Source of the DNA: an uncultured Methanosarcinaceae archaeon | Lineage (GTDB): Archaea > Halobacteriota > Methanosarcinia > Methanosarcinales > Methanosarcinaceae | NCBI GenBank assembly: GCA_963727895.1 | Contig: CAVSHT010000011.1 | Span: forward strand, 1-64,000 | Direction of reading: 5' to 3' | Length of the DNA: 64,000 bases | Shown here: in pieces, positions 11,410-22,648 of the stretch | Position numbering within the stretch: the stretch's first letter is position 1 | Layout: each line of letters begins with the position of its first letter | Notes under the pieces: generated by a model | What the model was told of the DNA's origin: nothing | Databases searched by the model: none | The model's input: the letters and a program-made list of their open reading frames with translations, nothing else | Made by a program: the position numbers and the translations under genes

Positions 11410-12474
11410 ATGAAAAAGAAATTCTTCTTAGGTCTGATTTTACTTATAATGCTTTTTATTTCACTGGCTTATTCAGCGGAAGCTGACGATCAGAATCTTC
11501 TCAAGTATACAAGCTCAGGAAACGCATTTGGAGCTGGAGACGATCTTCAAATTAATCAGGATATTAAAGGAGATCTTATTCTTGCAGGATCTGATCTTGA
11601 AATAAATGGGAATACTGGAGACGACTTCATCGGTGCAGGGAAGGATGTAGTTGTCAATGGAAACGTTTCAGGAAACATTATTGTGGCTGGAGGCTCTATC
11701 AAGATAAATGGAAATGTAGGTGGAGACGTAGCTGCAGTCGGTGGTCAGATTACTCTTTCCCGAAGCAGCGTGGTTGATGGGGATATCTTACTGGGCGGAG
11801 GAACAATAACGCTTGCCGGAATCATTAATGGGAATGGAGAAGTCTCAACAGGTACTCTCCAAACCGGAAATGACTTTGGGATTAAAGGAAATCTTACGCT
11901 GCAAGCAAATAATTATCCTTCCGATCTAAAAAATAAGGTTAGAGGAAACCTGAATATTACCAAGACAAATGCAAAAGAAGATCAGTATGAAAATGTTTCC
12001 AAAGGATTTGATATATTCGGCTTTATTGTTGGGCTTCTTACATCTCTGGCTTTGGGCCTGATTCTTATATATCTTTTCCCAAATTTCGTAAGCGGGGTTG
12101 CAGAACTCATAAAAGATTCACCTTTGAAAACCGGATTGTTGGGTTTTCTGAGTCTTATTTTCCTCCCATTACTCTCAATAATCCTGCTTATTACTATCTT
12201 TGGGTTGACACTTTCTTTCCTGATAATTATGTTCCTGTTACTTGCTTTTCTCATTGCGACAATACCTGTAAAAATGCTCGCAGGAGAGATAATCTATAAT
12301 AAAATATTAAAAAAGGATGCAGGAAAAATGGTGTACTATCTTATTGGGGTAATTGTATTTGCAATCTTATATGAAATACCCCTCATTGGAGGACTTATAC
12401 GTATTATTGCACTCCTTATCGGGTTAGGGGCAATAATATTCTGGCTTGCCACTCGTGCCAGAACAACAAGTTAA
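11410..12474 (+). CDS. Membrane protein with a bactofilin-like beta-helical extracellular region
   Basis: Signal peptide, repeated (I/V)NG.V.GD..AG units, then several C-terminal TM helices. Confidence 0.75.
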   Translation: MKKKFFLGLILLIMLFISLAYSAEADDQNLLKYTSSGNAFGAGDDLQINQDIKGDLILAGSDLEINGNTGDDFIGAGKDVVVNGNVSGNIIVAGGSIKINGNVGGDVAAVGGQITLSRSSVVDGDILLGGGTITLAGIINGNGEVSTGTLQTGNDFGIKGNLTLQANNYPSDLKNKVRGNLNITKTNAKEDQYENVSKGFDIFGFIVGLLTSLALGLILIYLFPNFVSGVAELIKDSPLKTGLLGFLSLIFLPLLSIILLITIFGLTLSFLIIMFLLLAFLIATIPVKMLAGEIIYNKILKKDAGKMVYYLIGVIVFAILYEIPLIGGLIRIIALLIGLGAIIFWLATRARTTS

Positions 12475-12645
12475 GCATATAAACCTTCCAGACTGACAAA
12501 ATTTCAATTTTTTACCAGGGCGACTTTCAAACAGATTCGCAATGTTCTGATAGGTCCGAAAGTTTTTAGATGACTAGAAAACTTGAAAAAATTTGAAGAT
12601 TTAAAGTAAAATTAAATGAGAAAATAATATTAAATGAGGGAAGTT

Positions 12646-13500
12646 TCAGAGGACTTCCGTTCTGTATTTTTCGATTCCAAGCCTCTCAATAAGCTCTCCT
12701 AGCCTCTCTCCATCAAGACCTTCTCTCCTGTAACACTCAAAGGTTTTTTCAAGGGTTGAGAACAGCTGCTCTTCATCTGCAAGCTCAATTAGTTTTATTC
12801 CTTGCATTGGCTGGCGTCCAGCTTTGCCTCCAACGAAGATAGTGCATCCTGTTTTTTCTGCTCTCAGAGCATCTTTCCTGCAGGTTGCAATACATGCTCC
12901 GCAAAGAATGCATTTTTCAGTATCTATATGGGCTTTATCTTCCATGACTTTTATTGCCCCCACCTTACACGCCTTCTCACAGCGTTTGCAGCCGGCACAA
13001 TTTTCCTCAAGGATTTCAGGTTTTACTGTGCCCATAACTCCAAAATCATTTTCCTGAGGTCTTACACAAGCTGAAGGGCAGCCGGTTACTGCAATTTTGA
13101 GCTTTTTAGGGACAGCTTCCCCAAAGTATTTTTCATCAATCTTGCTTGCAATGCTCTCACAATTAATCAACCCGTTTTTACAGACCCGATCTCCCTGACA
13201 GGCTACCACGGCTCTTACTCTTTTTCCGGCGGAACCTCCCGAAATTCCCTGTTTTTCAAGTTCAATGTTTGCAGTTTCGGCAGATTCAAGTTTAACAAAA
13301 GGAACTTCGATCTGCTGTCTTGATGTAATATGAATATATCCAGAACCATATTTATCGGCTGCATCTGCAATTGCCCTAAGTTTTTCAGCGCTAAGATTTC
13401 CACTCACAACCTTCAACCGCATTGAAAACATGTTTTCTTGCCTTTGAGGCAGAAATCCTTTACTCTTGAGTAAAGCCTCATCAACCTTTTTTTCATTCAT
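12646..13500 (-). CDS. Sulfite/nitrite reductase-like protein (Dsr-LP type) with ferredoxin insertion
   Basis: HITSRQ, siroheme-site cysteines CQGDRVC and TGCPSAC, two CxxCxxCxxxC motifs. Confidence 0.85.
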   Translation of the reverse strand: MNEKKVDEALLKSKGFLPQRQENMFSMRLKVVSGNLSAEKLRAIADAADKYGSGYIHITSRQQIEVPFVKLESAETANIELEKQGISGGSAGKRVRAVVACQGDRVCKNGLINCESIASKIDEKYFGEAVPKKLKIAVTGCPSACVRPQENDFGVMGTVKPEILEENCAGCKRCEKACKVGAIKVMEDKAHIDTEKCILCGACIATCRKDALRAEKTGCTIFVGGKAGRQPMQGIKLIELADEEQLFSTLEKTFECYRREGLDGERLGELIERLGIEKYRTEVL

Positions 13501-14052
13501 CTAGGATCACTTCCTGAAAAAGCATTATTATTGGTATATATAATATTTTTCATTCTCAAGTTTAACAGATTACAGTTTTTATACAAATTTGAAAATCTGA
13601 AATATTTAGAAATACACGTTTCTCAAGAAAAACAAGAAATTTTGATTTAGGGAATACAAAATTTCTTGATTAGAAATAAAAGAGAAAATCATTTTCAACA
13701 AATGGATGAAAACATTAAATTTACAAAATAAAAAGTATAATTTGCTGAGTCAGGAACTATAGATATACAATCGATTTTTATATATATAATTAAATTATTT
13801 ATATAATTAGCATAATCTTTCAATAATTGTTCTCATATCTAGGTACATATATAAGAAAGCTATTTATTGTTTTACGAATTGAAATCGATTCAGTTCCCAA
13901 ATTTGGTGATGAATGTAGTTTTAAAATCACTAAACTTTGAAACTGAATTTTCTTCAAGCAAAGAGATATAAAACAGGAAAAACTATGAATTATATCTCTC
14001 TGAGCAAAATCATTATAACTTTCACATCTTATATTAGGAGTTATTAAATTCT

Positions 14053-15480
14053 ATGGATAAACTTGCAACAAAATCAGCCGAAAACACTAATTCTGTTGAA
14101 AAATCTAATCTTTCTAATACTTCAATTGGCATCCCAGAGGAAAATAGGGTTTCTGTCCCGATACTCTCAACAAAAACTGACGAAAATGAAGACAGGCTTT
14201 ATATAAACTCTAATTTTATTTCAGAACCCTTTCCTGATTCTGTTTCGGTAATTTCAATACCCTCAACTTCCCAATCTCCAGATGGAAATCAGGGTGAATC
14301 GAAAATTGTGCTCATAGGTACGGCTCATGTTTCGGAAAAAAGTGTTTCAGAGGTTAAAGTCGTCATTAAAAATTTAAAACCAGATGTTGTAGCTGTTGAG
14401 CTATGCGAAGGACGTTTTAATTCCCTCGAAGGAAATACACAGGAAGAACAGGTACCTATCAAGGATCTTCTTTCTGGAGGGAAAATTTATTACTACACTA
14501 TCCATTGGCTTCTTGCTCATTTGCAGAAAAAAATCGGAGACAAAATGGAAGTAAGACCTGGTGCTGAAATGCTTTCTGCAATGGAAGAAGCCAGAAATAC
14601 AGGTGCCAGTATTGCTTTAATTGACAGGGATATCCAGGTAACTCTCCAGCGTTTTTGGGGAAAAATGAAATTTATAGAGAAAATAAAGATGCTTGGCTCG
14701 TTACTGGGAGGTCTGATTGATTTTGGAAACGGAGACGATCAAGATTTCGATATCAATCATATTACGGAATCTGATTTTGTATCTGAACTCGTAAGTGAAC
14801 TTCGAAGTTTTGCTCCAACCGCAGCCAGAGTTCTGATTGATGAAAGAGATGCATATCTTGCAGGAAATATCATTAAAGCTACTGAAGGAAACAAAACTGT
14901 TGTTGTGGTCATAGGAGCTGGGCATAAGTCTGGAGTAATTAACTATCTGAAAAACCCGAAAACTATTCCTCCTTTGAAAACTCTCATAGAGATTCCAAAG
15001 AAAAAATATGGTATTGCAAAAATTATTAGCTTTATTTTTGTTGGTATCATTGTTGCGTTTTTTTTGTTACTGCTTCTTTCAGGCGTTTCACTCAAAATAT
15101 TTTTGATAGCTTTTGTATGCTGGTTCCTTATTACCGGAGCTCTAGCTGCATTGGGTACTTTGCTTGCGGGCGGTCATCGCAACTCTATTTTGACCTCTTT
15201 TTTTATTGCCTGGATAACTACTCCACATCCAGGTTGGTTTGCTGGCCTTGTAGAAGCAAAGAACCAGAATCCTAGAACTTCAGATATAAAAGCACTCTTT
15301 GCGGTAGAAAACTTCAGTGAGATATTTAAAAACAGGATAATGAGAGTTCTTCTTGTTGCAAGTTTTGCAAACATTGGAAGCATAGCTGGTGCTTTCCTTG
15401 GCGGTTATATAATAATGCAGGTTACTGGCTTTGATCCCAGGGATATTATTTTTGCCGGTTTAAAAACTATCGGGTTCTAA
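14053..15480 (+). CDS. TraB/PrgY (GumN) family protein
   Basis: IGTAHVS, VAVELC, PGAEM, LIDRDIQVTL, LIDERD, GAGH; C-terminal TM region. Confidence 0.9.
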   Translation: MDKLATKSAENTNSVEKSNLSNTSIGIPEENRVSVPILSTKTDENEDRLYINSNFISEPFPDSVSVISIPSTSQSPDGNQGESKIVLIGTAHVSEKSVSEVKVVIKNLKPDVVAVELCEGRFNSLEGNTQEEQVPIKDLLSGGKIYYYTIHWLLAHLQKKIGDKMEVRPGAEMLSAMEEARNTGASIALIDRDIQVTLQRFWGKMKFIEKIKMLGSLLGGLIDFGNGDDQDFDINHITESDFVSELVSELRSFAPTAARVLIDERDAYLAGNIIKATEGNKTVVVVIGAGHKSGVINYLKNPKTIPPLKTLIEIPKKKYGIAKIISFIFVGIIVAFFLLLLLSGVSLKIFLIAFVCWFLITGALAALGTLLAGGHRNSILTSFFIAWITTPHPGWFAGLVEAKNQNPRTSDIKALFAVENFSEIFKNRIMRVLLVASFANIGSIAGAFLGGYIIMQVTGFDPRDIIFAGLKTIGF

Positions 15481-15656
15481 TAATAAAAGCTATTTAGCAA
15501 GGCTATTTAGCTAATAGCTTTGCTTAAAAAATAAAGTAATTAAAAATAAAGTAATTACACCCGTATGCGTCTGTGAAAAGTGAAATAAGAAAACTTTATT
15601 TTGTTATTTATTTGAGAGATGCAACTTTACAATATAAATTATCCACCTATATAAGA

Positions 15657-16595
15657 TTATATACAGCCATTACAACTGGAACAGTCCTCGCAGGATTTTG
15701 CTTTCATATAGTTACCACGCATGATTAAGAATTTGCATTCAGCTATCCTGTAGACGGTCTCTTTGGTACCATCATTAATTCTTACAGTATCATTATCAAA
15801 GACAAGCTTTATCGGTACTGCTTCAAACTCAGTTGTCAAGCCAGGCCTTAGCTTTGGATAAATTATTTCTTTTTCTCCGCTTTTTTTCCGAACTGTGATG
15901 GTGTCGAAAGTCGTGACAGAAGTTAATCTGCCTCTTTCGTCAAATCGCACGGAGTTTTTATCCGCATCAATGCCCAGTGCATCTGCATCATATGCATTTA
16001 TTGGGCCAATAGGGGTTTTAATAATGTATGGTTCTGCGGGTTCTACAGACTCTAGACTTCCATCTTCAAAAAGCTTGAACCCTATCCGAACGGGCATTTT
16101 TCCTACAGGCGTGTCAATCATAATTTGTTCATTAGACCACAAAATCAGGCTTTTAATTTTTCCGTTATGATAAAATCTTAAACCTATTATTTTTGAACAA
16201 AAATCTCCAAATGGAAATGAAAAATTAAATTTTTGTGCTAATTCTCCTTCTTCTTCTTCCGACCAAAAACCACTGATTTGGCCATTTAAAGGAAACATAC
16301 TATTAATCGAGCCATCTTCAAAAAAAGTGACCAATTCAACTGGAAATGTTCCTATTGGTGTTCTTATTTCTGTTTGCTGCTCTAATGAAACGTTTTTAAT
16401 TTTTCCATTTTTATAAAAAGACAAAGCTGCTAACTGCTTTTTTCGGAATCCTGGATTACCGTACTGCGGCACAAGATCTCCGTATTTTGTGTTAATTAAA
16501 TTATACTCTTCAAATTTACAGTCCTTCAGTTCGCCACTATCATATGTAGTAAAGCTTGTTATTCCTTTGAGCCCACTTTTTTCAACAGTTAACAT
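15657..16595 (-). CDS. Hypothetical protein with repeated F(Y/F)xxGx(I/L) beta units and a C-terminal Cys cluster
   Basis: Long ORF with AGGATGG RBS; repeated units FYKNGKIK, FFEDGSI, FYHNGKIK, TPIG; ends CEDCSSCNGCI. Confidence 0.7.
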   Translation of the reverse strand: MLTVEKSGLKGITSFTTYDSGELKDCKFEEYNLINTKYGDLVPQYGNPGFRKKQLAALSFYKNGKIKNVSLEQQTEIRTPIGTFPVELVTFFEDGSINSMFPLNGQISGFWSEEEEGELAQKFNFSFPFGDFCSKIIGLRFYHNGKIKSLILWSNEQIMIDTPVGKMPVRIGFKLFEDGSLESVEPAEPYIIKTPIGPINAYDADALGIDADKNSVRFDERGRLTSVTTFDTITVRKKSGEKEIIYPKLRPGLTTEFEAVPIKLVFDNDTVRINDGTKETVYRIAECKFLIMRGNYMKAKSCEDCSSCNGCI

Positions 16596-16831
16596 TATGA
16601 CCATCCTATTGAATTGGATCCAATTATTTACTTTATATCTCGAGACAATTGTGTACAATATTCTAGTGCTGCACCAATCATATACTATTGGATAAAACCA
16701 TAAACACAACATTTTACTATTGATACTGCACTAGTTCTCGCAAGAAACTGTAGGATCCTTTACTATACTTTTTACTTCATTTCTCAAGCCTAAATATTTC
16801 ATATTAGTTTTGTGTTTGTTATGTTATTTAT

Positions 16832-17977
16832 TCAGAAGTAAGAGCTATGTAAATAAGGACCCTTATTCCCCATAAATATTTTAAGAATATATTCCAGAAA
16901 ATACTCATTTGTAGACTTACTATTGTGATCAATTTTCACTTTATCCGGATAAAGCATTTTCGCAGTCCACAAAAGTCCCATCAGCGATTGTGTCCTATCA
17001 AGCATCTCGTATTTTGTAGATGCATAAACGCGCTTCTTTACAGCAGCAATGTCTTTCCATGCATTACTCGAGAGAATTTCATCTCGACCTTTCGAAGTTT
17101 TAGTAATAATAACATCTGGATTCCATCGATAGATTTGTTCCAGAGGAACCTGAATTTCCTCACTTGTATTGACTGATTCCAGTTGCGGATTTGCTTCCAT
17201 GAAGCTTATTCCTCTTGCCAAACTGATAATCGAAGCCATTATGGTTCTGGATCCAACCGTTTGGGTGACACCTGATTGCGCATAATATACTTTTAACTTA
17301 TCACTTTCATTAATTTGAGATGTTTGATCTGTAACTTTTTTGATGGTTTCGTCCCAATAATCTCCAAGCCCATTTCCTTCTTCTTCATTTCCAACAATTT
17401 TACCAATTAATCTCCATGAATCTGCAATATCTTTAAGCGTATCTTTCGATGCAGCAACGAACGGAATGCCAACTTTTTTTTGTTCAGATTCGATTTTTGT
17501 ATCCTTTGTTAATGTTATTACTACCTGAGGATTGACAGCTAAAAGATCTTCCCAGTTCATATCACCGTGGAATTCTCCATTAACTGGGAGAGTCAACAGC
17601 TTCTTTTGTTCATCTTCGGACATAAATTCAAGCCTTTCGGTAAACTGTTTGTCAACGCTCACAAGTTTGTTTGGTGCCAATCTCCATACTATTTGACACG
17701 GTATCGGATGTAGTACTGAAATATTATTAATCTCAACAGGCAATGTGACTTTTCTACCTGATAAATCGGTGACTACCCGAGTATCTGACAGTTTAGTATT
17801 AGAGATTATTGTTTCTTGCTTGTTATTTGCGGAAGTATTTATATCAGCCTTGGAATTTGAATTTATTTCCGCAACGTTGCCTGTCTTCTGTAAGCATCCA
17901 CTTATAAGCATCATAGATAGCGTTATAATCAGACACATTGTGATTAACAGATATACCGACTTTTTTGCTGTTCTCAT
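16832..17977 (-). CDS. ABC substrate-binding lipoprotein, Fe-chelate/cobalamin (helical backbone) class
   Basis: Lipobox ISGC, VTDLSGRKVTLP, EQIYRWNPDVII, AAVKKRVY, GLLWTAKMLYPD; the C-terminal tail looks atypical. Confidence 0.85.
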   Translation of the reverse strand: MRTAKKSVYLLITMCLIITLSMMLISGCLQKTGNVAEINSNSKADINTSANNKQETIISNTKLSDTRVVTDLSGRKVTLPVEINNISVLHPIPCQIVWRLAPNKLVSVDKQFTERLEFMSEDEQKKLLTLPVNGEFHGDMNWEDLLAVNPQVVITLTKDTKIESEQKKVGIPFVAASKDTLKDIADSWRLIGKIVGNEEEGNGLGDYWDETIKKVTDQTSQINESDKLKVYYAQSGVTQTVGSRTIMASIISLARGISFMEANPQLESVNTSEEIQVPLEQIYRWNPDVIITKTSKGRDEILSSNAWKDIAAVKKRVYASTKYEMLDRTQSLMGLLWTAKMLYPDKVKIDHNSKSTNEYFLEYILKIFMGNKGPYLHSSYF

Positions 17978-18071
17978 TTTAATATCCCTTTAATAGTTTT
18001 TGAGTCATCCCAAAACTTACGATTTATCCCTTTGATGACCTAGTTTGAATTTAGTTCTAATTTTCGTAGGT

Positions 18072-18093
18072 GATATGTAATTTTAAGCATAAT
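18072..18093. promoter_or_regulatory. ModE-like operator box
   Basis: GATATG-N10-CATAAT, next to a TATA-like element (18100-18107) facing the binding-protein gene. Confidence 0.5.
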
Positions 18094-18390
18094 AAATAGT
18101 TATATATGATTAACACAGCAATTAATTACCGATTAAGTATTATATATACATTATTACATGTTCATCTTATACGTTTTCAGGTAATATATGGAATTAAAGA
18201 GAAAGCTGCCTAATTAATCATATCAAAACGATAATTGCAGGATCACATAAGAACATATTTCACCAGTATAGATGCCTGATCAATTCTTTTTTATTCGCTT
18301 GAAATCTCATCTAAAAAAGAGGCGTTTATGGAAAGTTTTTTATATAAAAACATAAGAATTCAAGTACTGGCATTTATAAATATATAGGTT

Positions 18391-18412
18391 GTTATGTATG
18401 GGATAACATAAC
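18391..18412. promoter_or_regulatory. ModE-like operator box (perfect palindrome)
   Basis: GTTATG-N10-CATAAC directly downstream of TTTATAAATATA (18373-18384), ahead of the permease gene. Confidence 0.65.
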
Positions 18413-18593
18413 CAGTATAAAAACCTGCAAAAATTTAAATTTAAAAATACAACACATTAAATTTACACAGTAATACCAAAAATCAGTGAAAGAGGCTTTG
18501 AACTACCTATCATTTGAATTCAATAAATAATCTGAAAAAAATACTTCTAAATAATCCATGGATAATTCGTAAACATCTGGTGTGGAAAAAATA

Positions 18594-19625
18594 ATGAACA
18601 AACACATAAACAGGAAAATCATTAAAAATATTTCTTTAACAACCGCGCTAATTTTACTGCCAGTTCTTCTCTTTTTTGTATCCTTTATGATTGGCAGGTA
18701 TCCAGTATCCCCTATAGATGTCATACTGGCTATTGTATCGGTTTTTGTGCCTATAACTACAAACTTAGATTCAACCATTTATACAGTAGTTTGGGATATA
18801 CGTCTTCCCCGTATAGTAGCTGCAATGATAGTTGGTGCAGCTCTTTCAATCTCAGGAGCTTCTTTTCAGGGAACTTTCCAAAATCCACTTGTTTCTCCAG
18901 ATATATTGGGTGTTTCAGCTGGTGCAGGTTTTGGGGCTGCAATAGCTTTGTTATCCAGTTTTTCCATGGTAATGATTCAGGTTACATCCTTTTTATTTGG
19001 TCTTATTGCAGTTATTCTCACATATTCTCTCAGCAAAAGACTCAAAGGTAATACAGTTCTGATGATGGTACTGGGAGGGATAGCTATCTCAGCACTCTTT
19101 TCAGCTTTTATTTCCTGTATCAAGTATCTGGCAGATCCAGACAGCAAACTGCCAGAAATTGTATACTGGCTTATGGGTAGCCTCTCTGAAGTTAATAGTA
19201 GCAGTATATTGATGATTATAGGCCCTGTTCTCATTGGATTTATAGCACTGTTGCTAATTGGATGGAGAATTAATGTTCTTTCAATGGGAGACGATGAAGC
19301 GCGTTCATTGGGCGTAAACACAGAGAAAATGAGGCTGTTTGTTATTCTTTGCTGTACACTTTTAACAGCCTCAGCTGTAAGTATAAGTGGTATCATTGGC
19401 TGGGTGGGTCTTGTAATACCTCATGCAGCCAGAATGATTGTGGGTCCGAATTACAGAAAACTTTTGCCTGCAAGCATTTCATTGGGAGCTACTTTCCTCC
19501 TGTTGGTTGACGATGTTTGCAGAACAGCCACGTCTATTGAAATCCCTCTGGGAATAATAACAGCAATCATAGGAGCGCCTGTTTTTATATACTTACTCCA
19601 AAAAGGCTACGAGGGATGGGCATGA
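18594..19625 (+). CDS. FecCD/BtuC-family ABC permease
   Basis: IRLPR, FQNPLVSPDILGVSAGA, EARSLGV, GWVGLVIPH, PLGIITAIIGAP. Confidence 0.92.
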   Translation: MNKHINRKIIKNISLTTALILLPVLLFFVSFMIGRYPVSPIDVILAIVSVFVPITTNLDSTIYTVVWDIRLPRIVAAMIVGAALSISGASFQGTFQNPLVSPDILGVSAGAGFGAAIALLSSFSMVMIQVTSFLFGLIAVILTYSLSKRLKGNTVLMMVLGGIAISALFSAFISCIKYLADPDSKLPEIVYWLMGSLSEVNSSSILMIIGPVLIGFIALLLIGWRINVLSMGDDEARSLGVNTEKMRLFVILCCTLLTASAVSISGIIGWVGLVIPHAARMIVGPNYRKLLPASISLGATFLLLVDDVCRTATSIEIPLGIITAIIGAPVFIYLLQKGYEGWA

Positions 19626-20413
19626 ACAACATAATGGATATCAAGGATGCAGAATTCTCTTATAATGAGAAAAAAAGTATCTTCAAAAATGTGAGTTTCT
19701 CAATTGAAAAGGGAGATGTTTTTTGTATTTTAGGTCCTAATGGAACCGGAAAATCGACTTTAATCAAATGTATGAACAGCCTGCTTAAACTGAAAAGTGG
19801 CAGGATATCACTGAAAAATAAAAATATATATTCAATGAAAGAAATCGATATTGCAAAAATCATTGCATACATCCCACAATCAAATAATTCTGTTTTTGCT
19901 TTTTCAGTTTTCGACATAGTGCTGATGGGCAGAACTCCTCATTTGAATTTGACATCTGTTCCTGGGAAAAATGACTACAAAATTGCTGAAGAAGCTTTGA
20001 AAAATCTTGGAATCTTGCACCTGAAAAATAAAACCTACACTGAGATCAGTGGTGGTGAAAGACAGCTTGTTTTAATGGCAAGAGCAATAGCTCAACAGCC
20101 CGAAATACTTCTTCTCGACGAACCAACATCCCATCTGGATTTTGGAAACCAGATACGAACGCTCAAAATCATAAAGGAATTGGCTAAAACTGGACTATCA
20201 GTTGTAATGACTTCACATTTTCCAGACCACGCTTTCCTATCCTGTAATAAAGTAGCCATCATGAATCAGGGAACAATTATGGAAATAGGAAAACCAGAAT
20301 TTGTCGTCACAGAAAATAATATGAAACAAGCCTATGGAGTTGATGTCAGAATTATAGATGTAGATGAAAATAGAAGATCATGCATACCTATGCAAATACA
20401 AGAATCATGTTAA
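19622..20413 (+). CDS. ABC ATPase, FecE/BtuD-type
   Basis: Walker A GPNGTGKST, ISGGERQ, LLLDEPTSHLD; overlaps the permease stop (ATGA). Confidence 0.92.
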   Translation: MNNIMDIKDAEFSYNEKKSIFKNVSFSIEKGDVFCILGPNGTGKSTLIKCMNSLLKLKSGRISLKNKNIYSMKEIDIAKIIAYIPQSNNSVFAFSVFDIVLMGRTPHLNLTSVPGKNDYKIAEEALKNLGILHLKNKTYTEISGGERQLVLMARAIAQQPEILLLDEPTSHLDFGNQIRTLKIIKELAKTGLSVVMTSHFPDHAFLSCNKVAIMNQGTIMEIGKPEFVVTENNMKQAYGVDVRIIDVDENRRSCIPMQIQESC

Positions 20414-20511
20414 TATAGAGTTTCTAATTTGTCCACAACTATAATTTTAAATTTATGCATTAGTCAAGTACAAACAATTCAAGTAAAGCCAATATCAGGA
20501 GAGGAATTGAA

Positions 20512-21620
20512 CTGAAACAAAATGTTAAAATTTCAATTGTAGATTATACGATAAATGAGATCTTGCGCCTGGGTTTTAATAGTCCTGCTGATTTTAAGTT
20601 TATTCTATCTGTCTTGAAGAAATATTCACTCGACGTAGCAGACATCTCGCTGAAGAATTTCGAAAAAAATGTGGTTAAATTTGAAACTGATGACTTTTCA
20701 GAAAATTTAAGATGCATAGTAGGATGTACCACGCAAGAGATCTTAAATGCAAAAGAACTTGGTTTTTCTAAAATAGTAATCAATATTTCTCTTGATCCAT
20801 CAGTCTCCATATATGACTTACTTAAATCAGTTGAACCGGTATTGCAAACAGTTTGTATTAATGATTGCGAAATATATCTGAGTATTGATAACGCTCTGGA
20901 AAGCCTATTAGAAGAAATAGATCCTTTATACTCATTTATTGTGGAATACAAAATAAAAAGGTTGATATTGGGCGACATAAATGGAAAAATAGACCCTTTC
21001 ACTACCTATGATAAGCTTAACCTTTTTATGAATATGGTTCAATGCCCTATTGAGTATAGAGGATGTAATGATTATGGAATGGCTACGGCAAATACCCTTT
21101 CAGCATTAAGAGCAGGCATTGAGTATGTAGCAACTTCAGTTAGTGGTATTGGGGTTCCAGGAGTTGCAGCCATGGAAGAGGTCTTAATGGCAGCAAAGCA
21201 TTTGTGGAAAAATGAGCAAATACCTAATGGTTATACTATTTCGACAGATTGTGAAAATATCTTACAAAAAGCCGGTATTATATTGCCTGGAGAAAAAGCC
21301 TTAATAGGGAAAAATGTATTCGCACATGAATCTGGTATCCATGTTGACGGTGTTATCAAAAATCCAAACTTATATGAAGTGATTAAACCTAAAGAGGTTG
21401 GCCTAAGAAGGTTTTTAGTGATTGGAAAACATTCAGGGACGGCATCTTTAATACAAAAGTTTAGACAACTGAATCTATTTTTAAGTCCACAGGAAGCAGG
21501 TACATTGCTTGATAAAGTAAGAAATATTGCGATTTTGCAAAAAAGCCAGTGACAGATTCTCAACTTAAAATCCTTTACAATTTATACATGGGATTGGCAA
21601 AAGAATCGAATATTCATTGA
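20512..21620 (+). CDS. nifV: Homocitrate synthase omega-type subunit (frameshift in an A-run near 21541)
   Basis: Degenerate N-terminus (IVDYTINE in place of DTTLRDGEQ) but intact C-terminal NDYGMATAN, FAHESGIHVDG, IGKHSG; continues KPVTDSQLKILY after the shift; probable CTG start. Confidence 0.7.
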
Positions 21621-21639
21621 GATAAAGGGGAAATTTCCT

Positions 21640-22499
21640 GTGACTCAAAATGAAAGTTTTGAAATCGTTGACACTACATTACGTGATGGTGAGCAATCTG
21701 CAGGTGTTGTGTTTTCGATTGAAGAAAGAATATCATTTCAGCTTTAGACAAAGCAAAAGTGAAATGGATCGAAGCCGGTATTCCCGCGATGGGCAAACAG
21801 GAATGTGAAGACCTGAAACTAATGCTCAAAATGCCAGTAAAATCGAACCTCATCGCATGGAACAGAGCAAATTTAGAAGATTTAAAGGCGTCCATTGAAT
21901 GCGGATTTAAATTTATTCACATATCTCTGCCGATATCTGAGCTGCATATAGAATACAAGCTTAAAAAGAACAGGGGCTGGGTACTGGATCAATTGAAGAA
22001 ATGCTTGAAGTATCTCAAAAACTATGGTTTAATGATTATTGTAGGAGCCGAAGATGCTTCAAGAACAGATCCAAAATTTTTTCTTCAATATGCAGAAATT
22101 GCAGCTTCTTTTGGAGCAATAAGAATCAGATATTCAGATACTGTAGGATGCCTGGATCATTTTACAACGTATCAAAATATCAAAAAAATTGTAGATCATA
22201 GCCCGCTTCCTGTTGAAACTCATGCACATAATGATTTAGGTCTGGCAGTAGCAAATACATTGGCAGCATACAGGGCAGGAGCAGAGTTTGCAAATGTAAC
22301 AGTAACAGGGCTAGGGGAACGTGCTGGAAATGCATCACTAGAAGAGACAGTAGTTTCATTAAAACACCTTTACAACTATGATTGTGGAATTGATCTTGAA
22401 ACTTTGTCGTCTCTAGCTGAAATAGTCTCAAAAGCCAGCGAAAAAACATTGTTTCCATATAAACCAATAGTTGGATCTTTAGCATCTGACAGATTTTAA
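21640..22499 (+). CDS. nifV: Homocitrate synthase alpha-type subunit (frameshift near 21730)
   Basis: GTG start, IVDTTLRDGEQSAG, IEAGIPAMG, GAEDASR, HAHNDLGLAVAN, GLGERAGNA; stops at KPIVG and lacks the HESGIH subdomain. Confidence 0.8.
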
Positions 22500-22648
22500 A
22501 AAATGATTTCATTGGATATATTTTAAAAATATATTTTGGAGTATTTTAATTAATTTTTCGTATTTAGTATACTTTCATTGATTTTTGATATTTGGTGTAT
22601 TTTAATTAATTCATATTTAGTGTACTTTCATCAACTTTTGATGTTTTT

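Noticed and set aside
11014..11410. Integrative element at tRNA-Leu
   Set aside because: No integrase and no duplicated tRNA 3' end seen in the window
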